64,000 nucleotides of DNA from NCBI GenBank assembly GCA_028716485.1, contig JAQUPS010000003.1, positions 715 through 64,714 of the forward strand. The letters are read 5' to 3'. Source of the stretch: Patescibacteria group bacterium (GTDB taxonomy: Bacteria; Patescibacteriota; Patescibacteriia; Patescibacteriales; WJLG01). Below are positions 30,125 through 39,395 of the stretch, in pieces; position 1 is the stretch's first letter; each line of letters starts with the position of its first letter. The notes under the pieces were generated by a model. It was given only the letters and a program-made list of their open reading frames with translations, had not been told where the DNA came from and ran no database searches. Made by a program: the position numbers and the translations under genes.

Positions 30125-30202
30125 GAGATAGACGGCGATGAAGCCGGCAATTACGCACAGGCCGAAGACCAGCCAGATTACGGCCGCGTGTTCTTCATTC
30201 AT
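30116..30202 (-). CDS. Possible small hydrophobic peptide (28 aa)
   Basis: MNEEHAAVIWLVFGLCVIAGFIAVYLGA has one TM and its stop codon lies inside the right arm of the long inverted repeat. There is no convincing SD. Speculative. Confidence 0.25.
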   Translation of the reverse strand: MNEEHAAVIWLVFGLCVIAGFIAVYLGA

Positions 30203-30413
30203 TTCTCGTTCATCAATCGCTTTTCTTTTTCAAGAAAGAGCTTTTGTTTTAAAAACAAAATCCCTTCCGCAAAGGGATTTTTCTATAAGACTGATTCTAT
30301 TTTATCACAACATCTGAAATCGTCAAATAAAAAACAGTGGACAAAAACCATTAAACGCGCTATAACCTAACCAGTTCTTTATTTCTAATTTGAAAGCCGA
30401 AAAAGGAGTTATT

Positions 30414-30812
30414 GTGAAAAAAATCATCCTCATTGTCGATGACGATAATTATTGGCGGTCAGCGATTATTTCATTGATCAAAAGAGAACCGGATCTTGCC
30501 GGCTTCAAACTGCTGGATGTCGCAAGCGCGTCATTTGCCGCCGAAAAAATAAAAGAAGCCGGCGCGGCAAATATTGCCCTGATAATTACCGATGGCCGGC
30601 TGATGGGAGACGAAACCGCTTTCGAAGTTTATGATGAGTGCGTTTTGGCCGGCTATTTGGGAAAATTTATCCTTTTTTCCTGCGATCCGGACGCTATCGG
30701 CAAACTCGCTCTGGCCAAAAATCATTCTCCGGCAGACATGTTCTTTGATCAAATTTGTAAAAGCAAGGGGTTCGAACTTCTCCGGGTCATCCTTGAAGCT
30801 TTAACCGAATAA
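30414..30812 (+). CDS. Stand-alone response-regulator receiver (REC) domain protein
   Basis: GTG at 30414 is preceded by AGGAG with 5-nt spacing. KKIILIVDDDNYW and LIITDGRLMG (putative phospho-acceptor Asp) are present. There is no output domain. Confidence 0.7.
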   Translation: MKKIILIVDDDNYWRSAIISLIKREPDLAGFKLLDVASASFAAEKIKEAGAANIALIITDGRLMGDETAFEVYDECVLAGYLGKFILFSCDPDAIGKLALAKNHSPADMFFDQICKSKGFELLRVILEALTE

Positions 30813-30816
30813 CTAA

Positions 30817-30849
30817 CAGCCCGCGCTCATCAAGAGGCGGGCTTTTTTA
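30817..30849 (+). terminator. Rho-independent terminator
   Basis: AGCCCGC-GCTCATCAAGAG-GCGGGCT followed by TTTTTT. Confidence 0.65.
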
Positions 30850-31128
30850 TATGAAATGATTATGGATAATCTTCGCGGCTTGCCCGGAGGGGTGGGCGCA
30901 CCGCGAAGCCAGGCTACCCAACAGGCTTGCATATATGAATACGCGAGCCCGGTTAAAGCGCCTTTTTATTTAACGAGAAAATTTCAATTTAGTGACAGCT
31001 TTGATTAGTAGCGCAAATTTTTCACGGTCTTTCCCTGTTTTTTGCGATGTTTTTTCAAAGCGATTTTTTTCTTCTTATACATAAATTTTATATCAAGCTG
31101 ATGACATTGTAGTACAGAATCGGAAATT

Positions 31129-31155
31129 TAAAAAGGCGGCATACTAAATGCCGCC
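31129..31155 (-). terminator. Rho-independent terminator of the phosphoesterase gene
   Basis: Minus strand reads GGCGGCAT-TTAGT-ATGCCGCC followed by TTTTT. Confidence 0.7.
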
Positions 31156-31167
31156 CAATATGTTTTT

Positions 31168-31929
31168 CTACGTTCCGCTCATTAAGCGCTTTGCCGCGTG
31201 TTCCGACAATTCTTCAGCGGTGCGAATCGCCAAAGCCGCGCTTTCAATGTCATAGCCGACCCGCCGCAACCAATATCTTTTCCGGCTGCCGTTGATGTCC
31301 AAAATTCCGTAGGCCGCGTATCGATTGCCATCGCGCGGCTGGCCGACACTGCCGACATTTATGACATACTTGTCATCAGCGCTTAATTCGCGCGGGTGGT
31401 TGGGAGCGCAATACATTTGCTTTTTCTTGCCGCCGAAAAAAAACGGCTTATGCGTATGGCCGAGAAAGCAAATTTTAGTCGGCGACCGGGATAACTCTTC
31501 CTGAGCCTCGCAAAATTCATTCACATACTTCCAGGGATGATCACCGGAAACCGCGCCATGCGCCAAAGTTATGCCCAACTCAGGGATAGTAAGCAATTCC
31601 GGCCAATCCGCGAATTGCTTGATTTTAGTTTCGCCGATCTGATTATAAGTATGCTTAATCCCCAACCAGGCGCTTTCATTCACCGTCGACTTGAGACTTT
31701 CATCCTTATCGACGATCATTCGCGCTAATTTTTCGTGGTTTCCTTGCAATTTTACGGTAATTTTCTGGTTAACCAATATCAGCCCCAAACAATCCCAGGG
31801 ATCGGCGCCATAACCGATAATATCACCCAGACAAAAAATCTGATCAACCTCGTGCTTTTTAATATCCTCGAGTACGGCCTCTAAGGCTTGCAAATTGCTG
31901 TGGATATCAGACATTATCGCAATCTTCAT
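31168..31929 (-). CDS. Metallophosphoesterase (calcineurin-like, PrpE/YfcE-type)
   Basis: MKIAIMSDIHSN, GDIIGYG, GNHE and GHTH motifs in the canonical order. A strong SD (AGGAGG) precedes the ATG. Confidence 0.8.
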   Translation of the reverse strand: MKIAIMSDIHSNLQALEAVLEDIKKHEVDQIFCLGDIIGYGADPWDCLGLILVNQKITVKLQGNHEKLARMIVDKDESLKSTVNESAWLGIKHTYNQIGETKIKQFADWPELLTIPELGITLAHGAVSGDHPWKYVNEFCEAQEELSRSPTKICFLGHTHKPFFFGGKKKQMYCAPNHPRELSADDKYVINVGSVGQPRDGNRYAAYGILDINGSRKRYWLRRVGYDIESAALAIRTAEELSEHAAKRLMSGT

Positions 31930-32004
31930 GATTTGCCTCCTAATGTAACAAATAATTATTAAAGATCAAGTAACAGATTATTAAAGCAAATTAAACAGAA
32001 TATG

Positions 32005-33948
32005 TCAAATCGAATGGATTTCCATCTGGCAATTGCCGCAATCAAAATTTAAGAGATATTTCTTGCCTTGATTGACTAAAAATAACGGCTCGGCAAAATT
32101 AGCTTTCCGCGCCGGCTTCCCTTTCGGGCAGGCGTTCAGCCAATATTTCAGACAATGTTTGCAGGTCATTAATTTTTTGCCGCGGTAATCTTTTTGCAAT
32201 TCAAAAGCCGGTTCGACGACCTTGGCGCCGTGCCGGGCGTAAAATGATTTGGCCAATTTATTGGCGACATTGAATGAATAGTCCAAATTTTTATGAAAAT
32301 ACGGCTGAGCGGGATTTTGATGCTCGATTTTAATCCGCGGATAATTTTTCAATCTTTTTTTAAGCAGCGCGGCGGCCGATTTGCGGCGCCATTCGTTTAA
32401 AACCGAAAGCGGAATGAAATACGGCTTATCCCAATCAAAAATTATTTCACGCGCGGAAAATATCGTTTCGCCCAGTTTGCTCAATTGTTCCTGCCAATTT
32501 TTTATAGCGAGTTCCGGCTTTTCGGCCGGCTTCTTTTCCGTTTTGAATTCCAAGGCAGCGGAATTATTATCTTCATCAATCGCTTCAATCTTAAAACCGT
32601 TCTTGGTTTCCTTAATGATATAATCAAGCGCGATGCGGCGACTGACTCCCCTTTCCACCGCTTTTTCAAAAGCCGGATTTTCATTGCGGTAGATTTCCGT
32701 GCCGACCGTGAGCGGCAGAACTTTATTCGGATAAATTTTTCCGTCTTTCACCATATTTATATTCGTGCCGACCAGTTCGCCTTCGCGGTCAAACCAGCAG
32801 ATGCCGTCGCCGTTCTGCAAATCGTGCTTTTTTTCCAAGCTGAAATGCGAACAAGCGGCGCTCTCGACTTTGCCGATTAATTCTCCCAAGGATTTTTGCG
32901 TGCGCGGCGAGATAATTTCACCCTTGCGGCCGCGCAGAAAATATTCGCTATAACCGCGGTTAAAAGTTTTATTCTGGTCGGGCGCAAAATTTATTTCGGT
33001 TTTTCCCGAGGAAGCGCGGGCATATTTTCCGCCGCTCGCTTCGATAATTTTATCAAGCTCCTGGCGATATTCGGCTGTGACATTGGCGACATAAGCGCAA
33101 TCTTTCAGCCGGCCTTCGATTTTAAAAGAAGTGACTCCCGCCTCAACCAATTCGTTCAGCGCGCCGGATAAATTCAAATCTTTCAGGGATAATAAATATT
33201 TATCTTTGGCTAAAATTTTCCCTTCGCTGTCGATCAAATCAAACTGCTGGCGGCAGACCTGCGCGCATTTTCCCCGATTGGCGCTGCTGCCGCATTGAGC
33301 TTGGGAAAAATAACAGCGGCCGGAGGCGGAAACGCAGAGCGCTCCGTGGACAAAAACTTCCAAATCCATTTTATTCCCCTCTTGGGAGGGGTGGCCGCTT
33401 CCCCTCTTGGGAGGGGTGCCGAGCCCGGCGAGGCGGGGTGGGTTGGCGAGACGGGGTGGGTTTTCGCGCGAAATTGGCCGAGCTGTTTGTTCACAAATAT
33501 TTTTTATCTCCTTGATATTTAGCTCGCGAGCCAAAATGACCCGGGATAATCCGGCGGCGGCCAAAAATTTCACCTGCTCGACGCTGGAATTATCGCATTG
33601 CGTCGAGGCGAACAAAGGAATGGGCGGCAAATCCATTTCCAAAATTCCCATATCCTGGATTATCAAAGCGTCGGCGCCGATTTCATAAGCCCGGTCGATA
33701 AACTTTTTCACTTCGTCGATTTCATTATCAAAAAATATCGTATTCAAGGCGACATAAATCCGCCCATAATATTGATGCGCGAACTCAATCAGCAATTCGA
33801 TATCTTCCCAGGAATTGCCGGCCGCCGAGCGCGCGCCAAAATCCGGCCCGCCGATATAAACCGCGTCCGCGCCCGCCAGAATCGCCAGCTTGCCGGTTGC
33901 CAAATTTTTAGCCGGAGCCAAAAGCTCAAGCTTGATAGTTTTTTCCAT
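32005..33948 (-). CDS. Peptidase U32 family protein (collagenase-like / RlhA-TrhP-type) carrying a repeat-derived insertion
   Basis: LELLAPA..., IYVALN and EVFVHGALCVSASGRCYFS are U32 signature blocks, with a C-terminal Cys-rich tail. The segment RENPPRLANPPRLAGLGTPPKRGSGHPSQEGN coincides with the family-B repeats. Confidence 0.85.
   Translation of the reverse strand: MEKTIKLELLAPAKNLATGKLAILAGADAVYIGGPDFGARSAAGNSWEDIELLIEFAHQYYGRIYVALNTIFFDNEIDEVKKFIDRAYEIGADALIIQDMGILEMDLPPIPLFASTQCDNSSVEQVKFLAAAGLSRVILARELNIKEIKNICEQTARPISRENPPRLANPPRLAGLGTPPKRGSGHPSQEGNKMDLEVFVHGALCVSASGRCYFSQAQCGSSANRGKCAQVCRQQFDLIDSEGKILAKDKYLLSLKDLNLSGALNELVEAGVTSFKIEGRLKDCAYVANVTAEYRQELDKIIEASGGKYARASSGKTEINFAPDQNKTFNRGYSEYFLRGRKGEIISPRTQKSLGELIGKVESAACSHFSLEKKHDLQNGDGICWFDREGELVGTNINMVKDGKIYPNKVLPLTVGTEIYRNENPAFEKAVERGVSRRIALDYIIKETKNGFKIEAIDEDNNSAALEFKTEKKPAEKPELAIKNWQEQLSKLGETIFSAREIIFDWDKPYFIPLSVLNEWRRKSAAALLKKRLKNYPRIKIEHQNPAQPYFHKNLDYSFNVANKLAKSFYARHGAKVVEPAFELQKDYRGKKLMTCKHCLKYWLNACPKGKPARKANFAEPLFLVNQGKKYLLNFDCGNCQMEIHSI
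33374..33462. repeat. Tandemly duplicated family-B GC-rich hairpin modules in-frame inside the U32 gene
   Basis: 2x TTCCCCTCTTGGGAGGGGTG followed by 2x GCGAG(G/A)CGGGGTGGGTT. Confidence 0.75.
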
Positions 33949-33949
33949 A

Positions 33950-35404
33950 TTATTTTAGCTGTCCTAAATCCAAATAATCGTCGAATTTTATTTTCGCGAC
34001 AAAATCGGGCATATGAGAAACCATAATCACCGCGCCTTCAAAATTATTTATCGCCTCGGCGATCAAAGGAATGTGGCGGAAATTAATATGATTGGTCGGT
34101 TCATCCAGAATCAGCAAGCCGGGCTGCAGCAAAACCAAGCGGGCGAAAGACAAAAGGCCTTTCTGCCCTTCGGACAGATCGGAAACTTTGTGACCCATCA
34201 GATCGCCGGTGATCAAAAAGCTGGCAGCCACGGAACGCATCAGCTGTTCGTCGTTTTCCAAATCCATCGCGCTTTTCAGGGATTCAAAAACCGTCTGATT
34301 GAAATCAAGATTGGAAAAATCCTGGCTATAATAACCGACGCGGACGTCAGCCATGATTTTCGCGCCTTTATGTTCTGGGGAAACCAGCGCACGCAATAAA
34401 GTGCTTTTGCCCACGCCGTTGGGGCCGGAAACCAAAAGATGCGTCCGCTTGTATAAAATTTTGTTAACTTTTTTGGTTTCTGGCTGATGGTTATGAATGA
34501 CTTTTACCGAGCCGATTTCGACGATATTGCCGGAAATATTCTGCGCCGGGATGGTGAACGGCCGGATAGTTTTGTCTTCGCGCCTGACATCGACTTTTTC
34601 TTCTTCCATCTCTTCGGTTTCCTCGCGCATTTTTTTAGCCAGCTTGCGCATCTTGCCGCCCTTATTGGCGAAAAAATTAACTTTTTCCTTGCGGTCGCGG
34701 ATAATTTTTTCTAATTGGGCATTCTTTCTTTCTTCTCTTTCAATCCGCGCGGAAATTTCTTCCACCACGTCGTAATAGTTGCCGACGTACATTTCGACTT
34801 TCTTGGTAAAAGCGTTCAAATAAATAACGCCCTCGGTAAACAAATTCAAAAAATCCGCGTCATGAGAAATTACGATGACGGTTTTGTCATACATGATTAA
34901 AAATTGGATCAAGTGATCAATGCCGGCTTGATCAAGATTGTTGGTCGGCTCGTCTAACAATAAAATATCCGGCTTCTGGATTAAGGCAAAAGCCAAAAGC
35001 AGGCGGGCTTGCTGGCCGCCGGAAAGATCGCCGATCTTGCGGTCGGTCGGCACATCGGAATTAACCGCTTCCATCGCCTTGGCGATCTGGCTTTTGATAT
35101 TCACCGGCACGATTTCAAAGGCGCTGCCGAAATATTCTTCCACGGTCAAATCCCAAAATTCTCTAGCCATTGTCTGGCTGGCCGTGCCGATGGTCGCGTT
35201 ATTGGTAATGGAAACCTTGCCTGATTTCGGCTTTATTTCGCCTTTGATCAGGGCAAAAATCGTGCTTTTCCCCGCGCCATTCTGGCCCATCAAGGTTATT
35301 TTCGAACCTTGGCGGACGCTGAAATCCGCCTCGTCCAAAAGCGGTTTGTTTTCTTTATATTCAAAACTTACTTCTTTGAAACTTAAAATTACCTGTTCGG
35401 CCAT
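33950..35404 (-). CDS. ABC-F family ATPase (two ABC cassettes, no TM domain)
   Basis: Two Walker A motifs (GQNGAGKST, GPNGVGKST) and two signatures (LSGGQQARL, LSEGQKGLL) with a charged linker. The stop codon lies 1 nt from the U32 ATG. Confidence 0.9.
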   Translation of the reverse strand: MAEQVILSFKEVSFEYKENKPLLDEADFSVRQGSKITLMGQNGAGKSTIFALIKGEIKPKSGKVSITNNATIGTASQTMAREFWDLTVEEYFGSAFEIVPVNIKSQIAKAMEAVNSDVPTDRKIGDLSGGQQARLLLAFALIQKPDILLLDEPTNNLDQAGIDHLIQFLIMYDKTVIVISHDADFLNLFTEGVIYLNAFTKKVEMYVGNYYDVVEEISARIEREERKNAQLEKIIRDRKEKVNFFANKGGKMRKLAKKMREETEEMEEEKVDVRREDKTIRPFTIPAQNISGNIVEIGSVKVIHNHQPETKKVNKILYKRTHLLVSGPNGVGKSTLLRALVSPEHKGAKIMADVRVGYYSQDFSNLDFNQTVFESLKSAMDLENDEQLMRSVAASFLITGDLMGHKVSDLSEGQKGLLSFARLVLLQPGLLILDEPTNHINFRHIPLIAEAINNFEGAVIMVSHMPDFVAKIKFDDYLDLGQLK

Positions 35405-35495
35405 TAGATTTTATGATTATTTAAAAAATGTCCGCCCCGGATTTTGAGGACGGACTTAGTAAAATTTACTTTATCACGGAAAAACGATAATGTCA

Positions 35496-35527
35496 AATAA
35501 AAAGGCGTTTAGATTGGCTAAACGCCC
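35496..35527 (-). terminator. Rho-independent terminator
   Basis: Minus strand reads GGCGTTTA-GCCAATC-TAAACGCC followed by TTTTTATTT. Confidence 0.55.
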
Positions 35528-35536
35528 GTATTCTTC

Positions 35537-35905
35537 TTATTCATCAACCTTAGCGGTGCGGTATTCTTTCTGAATGCTGAACGCGCTGAACAGATCAGCG
35601 ATTTTACTGGATTGCAAAAGCTCATCAAGAGGAAATATCCAAACATTCGTCGGAAAATTAAAAGAAATCTTTGACTCAGGATCCGGTATATAGATAAACC
35701 AGCAAGCGCTATGGTCAACGCTGCTGACGAAAGTCTTGCCAACCTCGTCAACAATAAATAAGTCAGCCACCCAAATATTATCGACAACATCGATAAGCCG
35801 CGATACTTTGCCGATTGACTTCCTCAATAATTCATTCCTTTCCGCCGTTCCGCATGTAATATACACTTTAATCCGTGCCGGTTCTTTAAGCAAATTATCA
35901 TCCAT
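35537..35905 (-). CDS. Hypothetical protein
   Basis: 122-aa ORF with no recognisable motif. Confidence 0.4.
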   Translation of the reverse strand: MDDNLLKEPARIKVYITCGTAERNELLRKSIGKVSRLIDVVDNIWVADLFIVDEVGKTFVSSVDHSACWFIYIPDPESKISFNFPTNVWIFPLDELLQSSKIADLFSAFSIQKEYRTAKVDE

Positions 35906-35982
35906 AATATCCCCTTTCTGTTAAGGAACGTTTATTGACCTTATATTAAAGCACAGCTAACGATTTTTGTAAATAGTCTGGA

Positions 35983-36702
35983 TTAATTCATCTCTAAGTT
36001 ATGCAGAAATTCCCGCAATTCCGGGCCGATGATTTGGCGGTATTTTCCAGCGATCAGTCCGTTGAGCGCGATATTCATAATCCGCAGGCGGCGCAGATCC
36101 ACGACTTTCTGCCCCAGAGCTTCGCACATCCGGCGGATCTGGTGCTTTTTGCCCTCGGTCAAGATTATCAAAAAAGTCTTGGCGCGGATTTTTTTGACGC
36201 GGCATTTTTTGGTCACATAGCCGTCATCAAGCTCGACGCCTTGCGTCATCTTTTTTAAGAATTCCGGAGTGAGCGGCCGGTCAACATCGACTTCGTATTC
36301 CTTTTCGTGAAAAAAATTCGGGTTTAATAATTTATCGGTGATGCGGCCGTCGTTGGTCAAGATAATCAAACCCGAGGACATCTTGTCCAAACGCCCGATC
36401 GGAAAAACTTGTTGATGGAAGCGCAAAATATCGGCAATACTCCGCTCCCCTGCTTGCGGACTGTGGGTGATGATGCCGCGCGGTTTGTTGAAAGCCAGAT
36501 AGACTAAATTTTTATTGCCCAAATCAACCTCGACTTTATCGCCGGCGATAATCATCTGCCCGGGTTCGGCTAATCTGCCGTTGACCATGATCTTTCCCGC
36601 GCGCAAAAGACGGTCAGCTTCTTTGCGGCTGGAAATTTTCTTCAAAGCCAGATATTTATTGACGATCACCGGATATTCGATTTTTTCACTGTCATTTGTC
36701 AT
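35983..36702 (-). CDS. Pseudouridine synthase, RsuA/RluB family (S4 domain + catalytic domain)
   Basis: S4-like KYLALKKISSRKEADRLLRAGKIMVNG and the catalytic GRLDKMSSGLIILTNDG. ATG at 36702 is chosen over the TTG at 36720. Confidence 0.85.
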   Translation of the reverse strand: MTNDSEKIEYPVIVNKYLALKKISSRKEADRLLRAGKIMVNGRLAEPGQMIIAGDKVEVDLGNKNLVYLAFNKPRGIITHSPQAGERSIADILRFHQQVFPIGRLDKMSSGLIILTNDGRITDKLLNPNFFHEKEYEVDVDRPLTPEFLKKMTQGVELDDGYVTKKCRVKKIRAKTFLIILTEGKKHQIRRMCEALGQKVVDLRRLRIMNIALNGLIAGKYRQIIGPELREFLHNLEMN

Positions 36703-36742
36703 AATGATTAATACTAACAAGATTATGCCGACTAATCAAATA

Positions 36743-36811
36743 CAGGCTAAAGGTTTATGGCGTAAGACTCAAGGTCTGAACTAAATCCTTGAGCCATAAG
36801 CCTAAAGCCTG
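36743..36811. repeat. Inverted repeat built on words GGCTTATGGC/CAAGG (family F), copy 1
   Basis: CAGGCTAAAGGTTTATGGCGTAAGACTCAAGG ... CCTTGAGCCATAAGCCTAAAGCCTG. A related copy lies at 52481..52532. Confidence 0.5.
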
Positions 36812-36890
36812 AATAGCGATACGGGCTCTTATCAAAATTAACTAAAAGTTATAGAATAGATAGCAGCGGCAATTTTTTAAATATTAATTT

Positions 36891-37634
36891 ATGAGCTACC
36901 TAATTTTAATCCGCCACGGCCAGTCCAGATGGAATCTGACCAATAAATTCACCGGCTGGGTCGATGTGCCTTTGAGCCGCTTGGGGGTAAAAGAAGCGAT
37001 TTTGAACGCCAAAGAATTGCGGCAACTGAAAATCGATGTGGCCTATACCTCGGAACTTTCGCGGGCGCAGGAAACTTTGCTGATTATTTTATCCGGCCAA
37101 AACCGCACCGGAATCTTTCTGCATCGCGGCAAAAAAGACGGCGACCACGACCGTTATGCCACCAAATTGGATAAAAACGAAATTCCGATTTATTCTTCGC
37201 CGATTTTGAATGAACGCTATTACGGACGCCTGCAAGGAATGGACAAAGCGCAAGTGAGGGAAAAATACGGCGAAAAAAAAGTTATGGAATGGCGCCGCAG
37301 CTACAAAGGACGGCCGCCCGGCGGCGAAAGTTTGCAAGATGTTTATGGAAAAGTAATTCCTTACTTTCACCGCGAAATCCAACCCTGGTTAGAGAAGAAT
37401 AAAAATGTAATTATTTCCAGCCACGGCAATACTTTGCGCGCTATCATCAAGCATCTGGAAAATATTTCCGACCATGATATTTCTCATTTGGAAATATCCA
37501 ACAGTCAGCCGATCGTTTACCGTTTTAGCGGCGGAAAAATCCAAAGAGCCAAGGGCGAATTATCTTTTGAGCGCAAAGTTTATTGGCGCGCGCCGAAACG
37601 AGCGCGCCTCAAACAAGGCCGGTTAAAATTTTAA
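36891..37634 (+). CDS. gpmA: 2,3-bisphosphoglycerate-dependent phosphoglycerate mutase
   Basis: LILIRHGQSRWNLTNKFTGWVDVPLS (RHG catalytic motif), ERYYG, SSHGNTLRA. Confidence 0.92.
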   Translation: MSYLILIRHGQSRWNLTNKFTGWVDVPLSRLGVKEAILNAKELRQLKIDVAYTSELSRAQETLLIILSGQNRTGIFLHRGKKDGDHDRYATKLDKNEIPIYSSPILNERYYGRLQGMDKAQVREKYGEKKVMEWRRSYKGRPPGGESLQDVYGKVIPYFHREIQPWLEKNKNVIISSHGNTLRAIIKHLENISDHDISHLEISNSQPIVYRFSGGKIQRAKGELSFERKVYWRAPKRARLKQGRLKF

Positions 37635-37650
37635 AAAATTAAGCAAAGCA

Positions 37651-37679
37651 AAAATCAGCCGGAAAGGGCTGATTTTTAT
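37651..37679. terminator. Bidirectional terminator
   Basis: AAAATCAGCC-GGAAAG-GGCTGATTTTT, between convergent gpmA and the msrB remnant. Confidence 0.6.
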
Positions 37680-37685
37680 AATCCG

Positions 37686-37871
37686 TTATTTTTTCGGCCG
37701 ATTTCCCAAACAGACCGAATTAATGCAGTAATGCTGGCCGGTCGGCTGATCGGGCGCGTCATTGAAGACGTGGCCCAGATGCATGCCGCATCGGGCGCAA
37801 ACAACCTCTGTCCGTTTCATTCCGCCGCTTTGGGTCTGCCGCCAAATGTTCTTTGAGAATAAATTTTTCAA
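37686..37871 (-). pseudogene. msrB: Truncated methionine-R-sulfoxide reductase (MsrB) remnant, C-terminal part only
   Basis: [37 protein letters not shown] matches the MsrB C-terminal half (second CxxC, HLGHVF, catalytic-Cys YCINS). The roughly 80 N-terminal residues are missing, and only 56 nt separate it from the upstream gene. Confidence 0.65.
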
Positions 37872-37927
37872 TGCTCGCAGTTTGTTTTGAAAAAAATTCT
37901 AAAAAGACATCGATGTTAATCAAAAAG

Positions 37928-39163
37928 CTAACTTGTTGCACCTTCACCCGCGGCGTAGCCGGTGCTCCAGCAAACTTGCAGATTAAAGCCGCCAGTCGGG
38001 CCGTGCAAGTCTAAAATTTCCCCGGCCAAAAATAAATTACTGATGATTTTAGAACACATCGTCCGCGGATCGACTTCATTCAAGGCGACCCCGCCGGCCG
38101 TGATTATCGCCTGATCATAACCGCCCAAACCGGTAATTTCCAAGGAAAATTCTTTCAGCAGATGAAGCAATTTTTTCCGCTCATCTTTATAAATCGAATT
38201 TACTTTTTTATTTTGATCGATTCCGGAAAGCTTGATGATCACCGGAATCATTTTTTGCGGCAGCAGATCATCCAGGCTATTCTTGAATATTTTCTTATTC
38301 ATCGCCAAAAAATCTTTTTGCAGGCGCAAATCAAGTTCAGGATAATCAATCGCCGGCTTGAAATCAACGGATAATTTGAGCTTGCCCGGCAGACGCTCGC
38401 CGACGGTCCGGCTCAAATCGATGACGATCGGCCCGGACATTCCGTCGGCGGTAAAGATCGCCTCGCCAAAACGCGAGTCGATTCTTTTGTTATTTTCATA
38501 CAAGCTTATTTCAACATTTCTCAAGCTCAAGCCTTCCAATTCTTTGACGATTTTTTCTTTGACGATTATCGATACGAGCGCCGGAGATAATTTATTGATA
38601 GTATGGCCCATTCTGGCAAGCCATTCATAGCCGTCGCCGGTCGAACCGGTAGCCGGATAGGATTTCCCGCCCGTGGCAACAATAAATTTGTCAGCGATAA
38701 TTTCCCGCCCGCCGAACAAAACAATTTTTTCTATTTTATTATTTTTAACAATTATTTCTTTAACGGCCGAATTTAATTTTATTTCCACTTTTACTTTATT
38801 AAGACGTTCAATCAGCGCGTCCAAAACATCGCGCGACGCGTCACTGACAGGAAAAACCCGATTGCCGCGCTCGACTTTGGTGGGCACGCCGGCTGAAGCG
38901 AAAAAATCAATCACCTCGCTCGTCCCGAATTTTTTCAAGGCCGGATATAAAAATTTGCCGTTCCTGCCGAAAGCCTCGATCATTTCGCGCTCCGAATCGG
39001 TTTGATTGGTGATATTGCAGCGCCCCTTGCCCGTAATCAGCAATTTCGCGCCCAGCCGCTTGTTTTTTTCCAACAAAACAACGCGCGCGCCCGATTCGCC
39101 CGCCCTAATGGCCGCCATCATTCCCGCCGGCCCGCCACCGATTATCGCTACGCCATATTTCAT
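37928..39163 (-). CDS. HI0933/YhiN-family FAD-dependent oxidoreductase (BaiN-like)
   Basis: VAIIGGGPAGMMAAIRAGESGARVVLLEKNKRLGAKLLITGKGRCNITN, the family-typical N-terminus; 411 aa. Confidence 0.85.
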   Translation of the reverse strand: MKYGVAIIGGGPAGMMAAIRAGESGARVVLLEKNKRLGAKLLITGKGRCNITNQTDSEREMIEAFGRNGKFLYPALKKFGTSEVIDFFASAGVPTKVERGNRVFPVSDASRDVLDALIERLNKVKVEIKLNSAVKEIIVKNNKIEKIVLFGGREIIADKFIVATGGKSYPATGSTGDGYEWLARMGHTINKLSPALVSIIVKEKIVKELEGLSLRNVEISLYENNKRIDSRFGEAIFTADGMSGPIVIDLSRTVGERLPGKLKLSVDFKPAIDYPELDLRLQKDFLAMNKKIFKNSLDDLLPQKMIPVIIKLSGIDQNKKVNSIYKDERKKLLHLLKEFSLEITGLGGYDQAIITAGGVALNEVDPRTMCSKIISNLFLAGEILDLHGPTGGFNLQVCWSTGYAAGEGATS

Positions 39164-39334
39164 AATTAAATTATATCACGCATCCGCTTCCTAAATAAAC
39201 TATATCAACCGCAAGAAAAACCGCCATCAATTTTTTCAAAAGGCATCTTCGCCGCAGGCGACTTAGGCCTTTATCATCGCTCGCTCGGAAATAATCACCG
39301 CGAGGCGCGGGATTATTTCGCTCGCTTCGCTTGA

Positions 39335-39370
39335 TAATAAAAACTGCGGCCTTGTTCAAAGAACCGCAGT
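39335..39370 (-). terminator. Rho-independent terminator
   Basis: Minus strand reads CTGCGG-TTCTTTGAACAAGG-CCGCAG followed by TTTTTATT. Confidence 0.5.
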
Positions 39371-39395
39371 GAATTTAATTCCCCATTTCCCGATA

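Noticed and set aside
30188-30370. 60-aa plus-strand ORF in the spacer upstream of the REC gene.
   Set aside because: It is a low-complexity F/S/K-rich frame that crosses a terminator-like hairpin (30262..30285). It has no RBS and no motif.
37872-37947. Possible frame-shifted N-terminal remains of msrB upstream of the relic (a frame reading [14 protein letters not shown]).
   Set aside because: The resemblance to the C..C..LF.S..KF.SGCGWPSF block is too weak to claim. Only the C-terminal half is reported.
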